A stretch of DNA of 62,895 bases, filler included, from Methanobacteriota archaeon (GTDB taxonomy: Archaea > JACRDV01), in the NCBI GenBank assembly GCA_024860865.1. It is 8 parts of 8 records of this genome, joined end to end, with 100 filler letters (N's around TTAATTAATTAA, not from the genome) between each part and the next. Parts side by side here need not be neighbours in the genome. Positions count along the whole stretch, not along the records: positions 19,255 to 26,079 come from JACRDV010000150.1; positions 26,180 to 31,432 come from JACRDV010000152.1; 6 more parts are not named here. The stretch is one strand, 5' to 3'. Below are positions 19,255 to 27,867 of the stretch, piece by piece. The translations under genes were made by a program, and so were the position numbers. How positions within the stretch are numbered: position 1 is the first letter of the stretch; each line of letters opens with the position of its first letter. The notes under the pieces were generated by a model. The model made no database searches and was not told where the DNA came from. It saw only the letters and a program-made list of their open reading frames with translations.

Positions 19255-20442
19255 TCTGAAAATACAACAATTCCAGTGATCATACTGTTCTACAGCAGGG
19301 TGAATGAAAGTCTTGTCCAGAACTATGGTAAAATCAAGTACACGTATAAAATCATCCCAGGGATTGCAGCAGAAGTGCCGAATAAATATATCCAGGAAAT
19401 AGGAAGAAATCCTAAAGTAGAGTTAATTGAATACGATACTACTGAAATTTTCCTTGCTGATGAAATTATACCTTGGGGCGCTGAAAAAATTGGTGCTACA
19501 ACTTGCTGGAGTAATGGTGTTACAGGAAACGATGTTGTAATTGCAATTGTAGATGGTGGCGTAGACTATAATCATCCCGATTTAAAAGATAACTATATTG
19601 GTGGATATGATTTTGCTGATAATGACAATGACCCTATGGACTATGATGGGCACGGAACTAATTGTGCAGGAGCGGCTTTAGCCAAGAAGAATGGTTTCGG
19701 TACAGTTGGAATAGCACCCGGTGCTAAGTTACTGGCAGTTAAGGTTTTTCGTCAAGGTGGTAGTTCTCTAAGTACACTTATAGCAGGGATAGATTACGCA
19801 GTTCAAAATAAAGCAGATGTAATTTCGATGAGTTTTATTCTCGGGTCGAGTTATAGTTATGCCTCTTTGGCACAGGCTTGTCAAAATGCTTATATTAAGG
19901 GAGTGGTTTTAGTGGCCTCTGCTGGAAATCATGGCTCGAGTGGTGTTTTTTATCCAGCTAAGTATCCTACAGTAATTGCAGTAGGTGCAACAGATTCGAA
20001 TAATAAAATAGCCTGGTTTAGTTCTATAGGTCCAGAAGTTGAACTTGTTGCACCTGGTATTGGCATTTATACAACTGCGATGAACAATAAATATGAATAC
20101 GTAACAGGAACCTCAATATCAGCTCCACAAGTTGCTGGTGTAGTTGCATTAATGAGAGGTATTAATCCTAGTCTCTCACCAGACGAGATTAGAAAGATAC
20201 TTAGGGAAACAGCAGAGGATTTAGGAACGCTAGGTAAAGATGACTACTACGGATATGGTCTGGTCGATGCTGACGAGGCTTTAAGCAGGGTTGTAGCATC
20301 CCCTACAACGACAACAACCTCGACCACTACCACAACCACTACAAGCACAACTACATCTATAAGTGTAACCACTACATCTACAAGCACAACAACTACGACG
20401 ATACCTATAAGCAAGCCATTTCGTAGCATTGCTTTAAGGTAA
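19255..20442 (+). CDS. Subtilisin-like S8 serine protease with Thr-rich tail (5' partial)
   Basis: Triad IVDGGVD, GHGTNCAG, GTSISAP; I9-like propeptide remnant; poly-Thr at about 20304-20400. Confidence 0.92.
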   Translation, partial: SENTTIPVIILFYSRVNESLVQNYGKIKYTYKIIPGIAAEVPNKYIQEIGRNPKVELIEYDTTEIFLADEIIPWGAEKIGATTCWSNGVTGNDVVIAIVDGGVDYNHPDLKDNYIGGYDFADNDNDPMDYDGHGTNCAGAALAKKNGFGTVGIAPGAKLLAVKVFRQGGSSLSTLIAGIDYAVQNKADVISMSFILGSSYSYASLAQACQNAYIKGVVLVASAGNHGSSGVFYPAKYPTVIAVGATDSNNKIAWFSSIGPEVELVAPGIGIYTTAMNNKYEYVTGTSISAPQVAGVVALMRGINPSLSPDEIRKILRETAEDLGTLGKDDYYGYGLVDADEALSRVVASPTTTTTSTTTTTTTSTTTSISVTTTSTSTTTTTIPISKPFRSIALR

Positions 20443-20574
20443 TTAACCCTATTTTTCTAATGAGTATACTACATTCACACTAATTTAATCCTTTTCAATC
20501 TAAAAACTTTAGAGATTATAAAGCTAAAAAATGGTGGAGAAAAAGCTTTATCAAACCTTTGCTCAAATTCTGCC

Positions 20575-20695
20575 CAAATATTGCTTGCTAGTTCAAACGA
20601 TAGTATAAAGCTCGACGGCCCCACCAGTAGACTTCCATAAAATGGCAATTTCAGGCTCCTTTTTTAGCAAGGGAGCTGCTTAAATCCTGCTCAAT
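20575..20695 (+). repeat. att-like repeat copy 1 containing a tRNA-Pro-like 3' end
   Basis: GTTCAAACGATAGTATAAAGCTCGACGGCCCCACCA; homologous to 21567-21690 and 22204-22252. Confidence 0.7.
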
Positions 20696-20714
20696 GTTTG
20701 TACATAATGAATGT

Positions 20715-21135
20715 TCAGACTTCCTCATGTCTCTCAATGCCTGGGACTCCATCAAATCCTCGGTCAAAAGATATCAAATCTTTGATTTCCCGGCTCTGCA
20801 TTAACGCCACTTGTGGTTGAGTCGACAAAGCTGAGATTTGGGTATTTTTTAAAAATTTCACCCGCTATCTTCAACTCAACATCGCTTACTCTGGTGAGTT
20901 CCAGATTCTGGGATGAAAGTAGAAACTCGTACGCTTTGTTAGAGGCCTCAACCCCGCCTCGCCCGCTGAACCTGATCAGGGTTAGAGTTTCAGCCATCAC
21001 GTAATCCGTAAAGATACATCTACCGATTTTTCCAGTGCCTACTGCAGTCAAGATTTTTGAGGCATCTCTATGTCTGGCATCACGCTTGAGGGCCGCAGCC
21101 ACCAACACGACCGAGTCTATTGCAAACAAGGTCAT
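20715..21135 (-). pseudogene. VapC PIN toxin with a +1 frameshift
   Basis: IDSVV, MAETL, LSFVDS motifs; removing one A near 20811 restores VALMQSREIKDLISFDRGFDGVPGIERHEEV*. Confidence 0.82.
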
Positions 21136-21371
21136 CCGCGCCCGTACAAAATTTTGTTGTGATTTTTGGTCACGTCAGAAGGGTCTGCTTCGACTAGTCC
21201 AACCATCTGGAGAAGTGGGTCTTTTTTTATTTTTTTTCTTTTAAGCTTAACAACTATCTCAGCCCCCATTGGGAGCCACTCGAGCTCGTCGCCGACTTCG
21301 AGGCCAAATATTTTCCTGATCTCGGACGGAACCGAAGTTAGGTACTTTTTTGATACTTTTGTTGTAGCCAT
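21132..21371 (-). CDS. AbrB/MazE/SpoVT antitoxin
   Basis: TKVSKKYLTSVPSEIRKIFGLEVGDELEW; overlaps the vapC start. Confidence 0.88.
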   Translation of the reverse strand: MATTKVSKKYLTSVPSEIRKIFGLEVGDELEWLPMGAEIVVKLKRKKIKKDPLLQMVGLVEADPSDVTKNHNKILYGRG

Positions 21372-21566
21372 CCTTCACACCACTATTCTTTTTATTTACT
21401 ATGTATTTTTAAATATTTCTATACTATCCATTTTTTTACTTAGTCAAAGATTAAGCAAAGGATTCCTCTGTTATCCGAAAGCACCTGAACAACCTACAGT
21501 TTCATTTTCAACTCGCATGCTAAATCCCAACACTGAATAGACGACATTTCGTAAACATGGGGTACT

Positions 21567-21690
21567 GCTCAATAGCTGCATGTTAGTTCAAATGGAATTT
21601 TGAATCTCGACGGCCCCACTATACAAATCCATGAATTGAGCAGTTATAGAGCATATTTTGTATAAAGAAGTGCTATAAAGTCTGCTTTAT
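21567..21690 (+). repeat. att-like repeat copy 2
   Basis: GTTCAAATGGAATTTTGAATCTCGACGGCCCCACTA; TTCAAA-N6-TTTGAA dyad. Confidence 0.7.
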
Positions 21691-21747
21691 TTTTGCTATT
21701 TTAAGAAAGTTTTTTATCTTCGAGTATTTATTAAAAATTGAGTTAAC

Positions 21748-21888
21748 TTGAAAAGATCGTTATCGTTCTTAATAACTTTTCTAATAATTATAATTGGATT
21801 TTTATTTTCATCTTTTTTTGTTAGTGCCGAAAAGCCAAGAGTAGTTTGCTTGCAAACTCAATTGATTCTCTTTAATAATTACTCTTAA
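21748..21888 (+). pseudogene. Signal-peptide-bearing gene stub
   Basis: MKRSLSFLITFLIIIIGFLFSSFFVSA-EKPRVV then early stop. Confidence 0.4.
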
Positions 21889-22016
21889 TTAGAGCATAGT
21901 TACGGATGGATAAATGTGGTAAATATTAAATTAATAAATGGCGTCCAAAAAATTGGACAATTTAAAAATTGAAAACTGGGAAACATTAATATAATTTTGA
22001 GAAGTTATATAATTAA

Positions 22017-22120
22017 TAGCCAATCGGGGAGAAAATACCTCCTTATTACTTCCTCTGTTGAGGTAACAGTGCATCTTTTATGCGCTGTGAGAGCTTTTGA
22101 TTCTCTAAACCAATTGGCTA
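22017..22120 (+). ncRNA. Candidate structured RNA (multi-way junction)
   Basis: Closing stem TAGCCAATCGG/CCAATTGGCTA; inner stems TACCTC/GAGGTA and ACAGTGCAT/ATGCGCTGT; TATA-like sequence about 25 nt upstream; strand uncertain. Confidence 0.4.
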
Positions 22121-22203
22121 CTAGCAAAGACTGCCAACAAAATTACAATTGAAACTTGAAGTGACAATAAACTTAAACTAAATAAGAACTCTGCTTAATT
22201 CTT

Positions 22204-22252
22204 GCTCAAATATTGCTTGCTAGTTCAAACGCTAGTATAAAGCTACGGCCAC
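22204..22252 (+). repeat. att-like repeat copy 3 (partial)
   Basis: CAAATATTGCTTGCTAGTTCAAACGCTAGTATAAAGCT is nearly identical to 20575-20612. Confidence 0.75.
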
Positions 22253-22311
22253 ATATTTGATCAAAAATGCATAAAAACAAAGAGAGCAAGAATAAGATTG
22301 AAAGTGTTCCA

Positions 22312-23487
22312 ATGGAGCAAAAATTCCCCGTATTAGTTTTAGCCATTATGCTAATTATTATCTCTTCTGTATCAGCTCGTCTAGAAGTTGGTGGTGTTCC
22401 AATTATCAGCACAGTGATTTTAACTAGCGATAATGAAGCTGATTTAGTTGTATCTCACATTTTAGCCGATAGGATAATAGCGAGTATTGTAATAACACAT
22501 TGGGGGACTTTTAACGGAACTGCCTTTACAAAAATATTTTCTATTAAACCCTCAAGAGTTATGATAGTTGGTGGTCATGAAGCGATTCCTAAATCAGCTG
22601 AAGAAACGCTTGAAAAATTGGGAATTGCTTGCATACGTTATAATGGTAAAGACCGATACGAAACTGCAGCGTTAGTTGCCATAGAATGGAGAAACGTTGC
22701 TAAAATAATAATAGCAGAAGGCAATGATGAAGAAGGGATTCGTGAGGCTGAAGTTATTGCAAAAGCACAAAGAGTGCCAATTGTTTACATAAAATTCGAA
22801 GGTATACCTGCAGTTACAATTAATGTTACAACCAAGCTTGGAGCGACAACAGTCATTCTGATTTCAACACCGGGAATATCGGTTGAAGAAATTAAAACCA
22901 AACTCAGAGTCAAAATGGTTAATGAAACATTCAAAAAGAATTTCAAAGAAAGAGCAGCACATGCGATTGCTGAAGCTAGAGAGGAAATCAAAGAGGTCAA
23001 CCAAACTATTGCTGAATCTAATATAAAAGATTTGAATGTTACTGCTGCAGAAATTTTGCTTATGAATGCTCGTAACCATTTGGCCAACTCAGAAAAGGTG
23101 TTCAATGAAGCAAAGTTTGGCGAAGCTTTTGGAAATGCTCTTGTAGCCCAGCGAAATGCTGAGGATGCGAAAAGAATCTTAGAACAAAGGATTAAGCTAG
23201 ATGAAGAAGAGGAGGAAAATTTTGAAGCTGATGCAGCGACAAAAATAATCGTTAAAGCTGCTGGAGAGATTTCGGAGTTGAGAGAAGATATCGCTAAAGC
23301 CCAAAAAATAGGGATTGATGTATATAATGAAATTCAAATGCTTGATGATGCAACTGCCCTACTCACTCAAGCTGAAAAAGCCTTAGCTATTGGTAATGAA
23401 GACGAAGCCAAAGACCTCGCAATAGCGGCATGGGAATTCGCTTTTGATGCTAAAAGTAGTATCGAAGCACAATTAGAAGAAATTTGA
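22312..23487 (+). CDS. Secreted cell-wall-binding repeat 2 (CW_binding_2) protein with helical C-terminus
   Basis: Signal peptide; IVGGHEAI and RYNGKDRYETAALVA motifs. Confidence 0.8.
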   Translation: MEQKFPVLVLAIMLIIISSVSARLEVGGVPIISTVILTSDNEADLVVSHILADRIIASIVITHWGTFNGTAFTKIFSIKPSRVMIVGGHEAIPKSAEETLEKLGIACIRYNGKDRYETAALVAIEWRNVAKIIIAEGNDEEGIREAEVIAKAQRVPIVYIKFEGIPAVTINVTTKLGATTVILISTPGISVEEIKTKLRVKMVNETFKKNFKERAAHAIAEAREEIKEVNQTIAESNIKDLNVTAAEILLMNARNHLANSEKVFNEAKFGEAFGNALVAQRNAEDAKRILEQRIKLDEEEEENFEADAATKIIVKAAGEISELREDIAKAQKIGIDVYNEIQMLDDATALLTQAEKALAIGNEDEAKDLAIAAWEFAFDAKSSIEAQLEEI

Positions 23488-23555
23488 GCTAAAGAAAGAG
23501 CTCCTGGCCTCAAAAATATTAATAAAAAAGGAAAAAATTTACCAAAAAAATTTAC

Positions 23556-24020
23556 CTAAGTGCGTTTGAAAAACTTCGCATGGATGTCTGCAGCTGTGCC
23601 GTGGCAAACGCAACCTTTGGTTTTATGAATATTTGGCAAACTCTCTAAGTGACATTTATCGCACCTTGGTGATTTTTCCATTTGAGCCAGTGCTCCATGA
23701 CAATTGGGGCAACTAACAGGTTTTCCGCTGTGAATTGCATGATAATCGCTACCATGACACTTACGGCATGTCTCTTTTTCTACTGCTGGATGTACAGGTT
23801 TAAGATCGCCATGACAAAGTTCACATATAGCTGGAGTAATGTCAGTAGGAGGCTTTGCCAAAGTAGCCCTTAAGCTAGCTACGGTTGTATCTAATTCAGA
23901 AATTTTAGTATCTTTTTTCTGAAGTTCTAACTTGTAATAAGAACCGCTAGCAACCCAAGCGCCGCCACCAGCAATGATTAATACAACGATTATAATTGCC
24001 GCAATAGTTCCTTTTCCCAA
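23556..24020 (-). CDS. Membrane-anchored multiheme c-type cytochrome
   Basis: N-terminal TM; CELCH, CRKCH, CPNCH, CDKCH and a short CVCH; GGAGG RBS before TTG. Confidence 0.8.
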   Translation of the reverse strand: MGKGTIAAIIIVVLIIAGGGAWVASGSYYKLELQKKDTKISELDTTVASLRATLAKPPTDITPAICELCHGDLKPVHPAVEKETCRKCHGSDYHAIHSGKPVSCPNCHGALAQMEKSPRCDKCHLESLPNIHKTKGCVCHGTAADIHAKFFKRT

Positions 24021-24218
24021 TAGTGCACCTCCGAATTATAAAAATATCAGCTGGTTTATAATTACCACTTTGTAATATAGCTTTTGCGGCAACTAAAAAA
24101 TTATAGACAATAAAGGGTTTCAATCTATTTTTTAATTTATTTTTTTATATTTATCAAAAAATAATTATAAATATATATTTTAATCACTGAAAATAAAGAT
24201 AAGAAGAGGAATAAACCC

Positions 24219-24941
24219 ATGCAAAGATATTTAGCAGAATTTATAGGCACATTCATTCTTGTCTTTGCTGGAACTGGGGCTATCGTAATTAATGATCTAA
24301 ATGGGGGAGTTATCTCTCATATCGGGATATCCCTTACCTTTGGACTTGCAGTTCTAATTGTGGTTTGTGCTATAGGACACATATCTGGTGCACATATTAA
24401 TCCCGCTGTGACAATAGCATTCGCGGTTAACAAAAGATTTCCGATATCTTATGTACCTCCTTACTTAGTAGCACAACTCCTTGGTGCTATTTCCGCCTCA
24501 TTTCTGGTCTTTTTACTTTTTGGGAATATATCTAATCTGGGTGGAACCTTCCCAATGAACGGCAACGTAACTCAATCTCTAGTCCTAGAATTCGTCCTAA
24601 CATTTATCCTTATGTTTGTTATTATAGCAGTTGCTACTGATGAAAGGGTTCATGAGTCTGTTGCTGGACCTGCCATCGGACTAACTGTAGCGATGGATGC
24701 ACTTTTGGGCGGACCAATTAGTGGAGGTTCAATGAATCCTGCTAGGTCATTTGGTCCAGCATTAGTAGGAATTAATTTTCAATATCACTGGATATACTGG
24801 CTTGCTCCAATTTTAGGCGCTATAACAGCGACTTTCTTATTTGATTACATAAGAAAAGGGGAAGTACCAAAATGTGTGGATACTGGAGTATTTGGTTGTA
24901 TAGAATGTGAGGTGTATAAAAAGAGAGGCGGTAGAACTTAA
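24219..24941 (+). CDS. MIP-family aquaporin/aquaglyceroporin
   Basis: SGAHINPAVT and GGSMNPARS NPA motifs. Confidence 0.95.
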   Translation: MQRYLAEFIGTFILVFAGTGAIVINDLNGGVISHIGISLTFGLAVLIVVCAIGHISGAHINPAVTIAFAVNKRFPISYVPPYLVAQLLGAISASFLVFLLFGNISNLGGTFPMNGNVTQSLVLEFVLTFILMFVIIAVATDERVHESVAGPAIGLTVAMDALLGGPISGGSMNPARSFGPALVGINFQYHWIYWLAPILGAITATFLFDYIRKGEVPKCVDTGVFGCIECEVYKKRGGRT

Positions 24942-25148
24942 TGGAAGTCTCTAAATCTTTATTTACAATTAACATCAAACATAATAGATAAATCCTGCTC
25001 AATTAGAACTATGTCATTTGACATAAACTTAACGAAAGAAGTAGCAAAAAATTGAGTTCATTTTTAATCAGGTTCACACACATACAAAATATTTAAAAAC
25101 CTAACTTATATAAGAAGCCAATCGGCCATATATCAGCGAGGATTTCTA

Positions 25149-25838
25149 TTGCACGCTGTCATTTCACTTGGTGGTTCCATTTTAGCGCCAGAGAAGTTAG
25201 ATATAAAGTATACTCAAGAAGTTGCTGCCGAACTAAAAAAACTTGTAGAAAAAGGTCATAGCATAATGGTTGTTACAGGTGGAGGAGCTCGAGCTAGGAA
25301 CTACATTGAAGCAGCCCGCCAGCTTAAAGCTTCTGAAGCTTATTGTGACGTAATTGGAATCGAAGTAACTAGATTAAACGCAAGGATATTAATTTCTGCA
25401 CTTGGAAACTCTGCATATCCTGAACCTGCAAAAAATTTTGAAGAAGCTGTCAAATTTTATCGACCTGGCAGAATTGTAGTTATGGGTGGTACGCACATTG
25501 GCCATACCACAGATAGCGTTAGCGCAATGCTTGCGGAATATACTGGAGCAGACTTACTTATAATTGCAACTGATGTCGATGGAATTTATACATCTGATCC
25601 AAAGATTGATCCAAAAGCAAAAAAAATAGATAAAATTTCTGCTAAAGAATTTTCAAAATTTGCCTTAGAGCACGGTCAAGTTGAAGCAGGGTCTACATTT
25701 GTAGTTGATCCACATGCGGCTAAAATTATCGAACGATCAAAGATTAGAACAGTAGTTATAAATGGAAGGAAACTAAATGAGTTTGAACGGATAATCGAAG
25801 GAAAATCTCATACAGGAACTGAAATACTTCCGAGATGA
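25149..25838 (+). CDS. pyrH: Uridylate kinase
   Basis: VISLGGS, VTGGGARAR, GHTTDSV, DVDGIYTSDP. Confidence 0.93.
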   Translation: MHAVISLGGSILAPEKLDIKYTQEVAAELKKLVEKGHSIMVVTGGGARARNYIEAARQLKASEAYCDVIGIEVTRLNARILISALGNSAYPEPAKNFEEAVKFYRPGRIVVMGGTHIGHTTDSVSAMLAEYTGADLLIIATDVDGIYTSDPKIDPKAKKIDKISAKEFSKFALEHGQVEAGSTFVVDPHAAKIIERSKIRTVVINGRKLNEFERIIEGKSHTGTEILPR

Positions 25839-25842
25839 TTAA

Positions 25843-26061
25843 GTGACGGAAAAAGAGCGAGATTACATTGCCCCACACAGACACTGCATTATCTGCGGGA
25901 AATCAACAACTATTGATAGAGAAATTTGTTCGAAAAAGTGCGAAGAAATGTGGTTCCGTCAGCAGAAAAAGCAAAAGAGAAGTCAGTGGATTTGGATAGG
26001 CTTGCTTGTAATATTTTTCTTGATATTCATTGTTTTAGCTAGCATCAAGCCAAAAGGATAA
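25843..26061 (+). CDS. DUF2116-family Zn-ribbon membrane protein
   Basis: PHRHCIICG...CSKKC plus C-terminal TM; usual pyrH neighbour. Confidence 0.82.
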   Translation: MTEKERDYIAPHRHCIICGKSTTIDREICSKKCEEMWFRQQKKQKRSQWIWIGLLVIFFLIFIVLASIKPKG

Positions 26062-26301
26062 CGAATAGCACAGGAATAANNNNNNNNNNNNNNNNNNNNN
26101 NNNNNNNNNNNNNNNNNNNNNNNTTAATTAATTAANNNNNNNNNNNNNNNNNNNNNNNNNNNNNNNNNNNNNNNNNNNNAAGAGAGAATTCGGCCTTAGC
26201 TAATGGCGACATGTCGCTACCGCAGGGAAGTTTTAATAGAACTATATTAGCCTGGCAATATATTGTAACGAAAAAAAGAGAGTAGAATGAAATAAAGTTT
26301 A

Positions 26302-27237
26302 TTAAAAGCTAATACCATATAATTGTTTAAACTTTGCAAGCTTTTCTTCGAGTTTCGATTTTTCAGCTTTTGTTGTTCTAAGTTCTTCTTCCAATAAACA
26401 AGTTTTTTCTTGAATTTCAGTTATAGTGTTTAATGCTTTTTTTAATTCCTTGGCTTCTTCACTTTCTATTTCTTTTATCCGGTATTCCTCGCCTTCTAGC
26501 GATTTAACTCTCTCTTTGAGTTCTTGAGCCAATTCTTGTGCTTTATTTCGTTCTTCCTCTATTTGTTTGCTATTTGATTCTGATGTTCTGAGTTTTGCTT
26601 CAAGATCTGAAACTTTCTCCTCTAGTTCTGATATAAGACTCGATTTTTTTCTTAGGTTATCAAGATTTTTGGATCTCTCATTTTCTAGTGTCTCAATTTT
26701 CTCTTCCAACTTTTTAGCTAAATCTTGTGCTCTACTTTGCTCTTCTTCTATGGATTTGATTTTTGTTTCTAAATCTTTGATTTTTACTATTGCTTCACTT
26801 AGTGAGATTTTAGGCTTTGCGATTGAAGGCGGCTTTGGATACTGTTTAGTATAAAAGTCATGATCGCGTAAAAACTCTATAAGCGAGGATGGGAGTCTAA
26901 TCTCTTCTCCGGCTTTAGAAATAATATAAGTTTTCGTGTCAAGAACGTACTTCCCTTCCTGAAAACCATCCTCAACTTTTGACACGCTCCAGTCTCCAAT
27001 TTGTTCGTTTTTGCTCAATCCTTCTAAAAAGTAAAGAATGTTGACTGGAAGCTGTATGTTAAATTCAGCATATTTTCCTACTGGGTCGAACCTAGGCGTT
27101 TCACCAATGTACCTACAAGCCTCTGTAACCCAAAAATCAAAGGTTAAGATTGGTTCATCACCTTTTTTAACTGTTTTCAAACGCCATGTTCCATGGGCTA
27201 AGCCATCTTTTGGTTTTTCTGGCTTTTTCGGCATCAA
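26302..27237 (-). CDS. Hypothetical protein, globular N-domain + long coiled coil
   Basis: About 165-aa E/K/L heptad region with an internal repeat; GGGTGA RBS. Confidence 0.75.
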   Translation of the reverse strand: MMPKKPEKPKDGLAHGTWRLKTVKKGDEPILTFDFWVTEACRYIGETPRFDPVGKYAEFNIQLPVNILYFLEGLSKNEQIGDWSVSKVEDGFQEGKYVLDTKTYIISKAGEEIRLPSSLIEFLRDHDFYTKQYPKPPSIAKPKISLSEAIVKIKDLETKIKSIEEEQSRAQDLAKKLEEKIETLENERSKNLDNLRKKSSLISELEEKVSDLEAKLRTSESNSKQIEEERNKAQELAQELKERVKSLEGEEYRIKEIESEEAKELKKALNTITEIQEKTCLLEEELRTTKAEKSKLEEKLAKFKQLYGISF

Positions 27238-27243
27238 ATCACC

Positions 27244-27447
27244 CTATTTAGATAATTTATAATATGTCTCTCCGCTTCTTTCAGCAGCTTGAATCAATTG
27301 AAGTTGGATAAGTTCGTCTAACAATTTTTTTACATAATTTTGGTTTAAACCAAGTCTTTTTGAAATTGTCAAAAGTGGCAGCTCATCGACTTTTTCTAAT
27401 ACATTTAATATCCGCTGGTGTACTGGAGTCAGTTTTTGTGCAGACAT
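27244..27447 (-). CDS. Small winged-HTH protein
   Basis: ISKRLGLNQNYVKKLLDEL...YYKL; GAGGT RBS; co-transcribed with the coiled-coil gene. Confidence 0.75.
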   Translation of the reverse strand: MSAQKLTPVHQRILNVLEKVDELPLLTISKRLGLNQNYVKKLLDELIQLQLIQAAERSGETYYKLSK

Positions 27448-27867
27448 TTTTTACCTCGTAATTCAATTGAGTGCATTTAATTTAAAATAGTTATAGATAG
27501 CTTATTTAATCAATTACATCAATTTACTTGTGTTGTATAATTTCTTTTCTATTTGTATTAACAATGAAAAATAAGTTAACGTAGAAATAAGCTATATTAA
27601 AGCATTTTTTAACATTCCGGTTTTTAAGTATTTTTATAATTGCTTCTCAATGTATTAGAAATTTGATTTTATTATATTTTGCCGAATAGAACGACTTTTT
27701 AAGGCTAGATTAACTCGTGGAGCGCGTCAGACAACTTTAATTGTAAACCTGTTTGATATTTGAATTTTTTAACTTGGGCCCAATAAAATTAACACAAAAC
27801 AAAAATAATCGTTAAATTTTCAAAGTTATTTGACAGGTAGAGCAAAAAGATATGAAAACAAAAGACT

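Noticed and set aside
20304-20400. ACN-rich repeat
   Set aside because: Encodes a Thr/Ser-rich linker typical of archaeal secreted proteins. The antisense poly-Val ORF is a shadow.
22028-22065. GAAA and CTGTTGA resembling a hammerhead ribozyme core
   Set aside because: The core deviates from CUGANGA and stem I cannot form.
26204-26219. GCGACATGTCGC palindrome
   Set aside because: Single copy 25 nt from a contig edge, possibly within a gene tail; no context to support a function.
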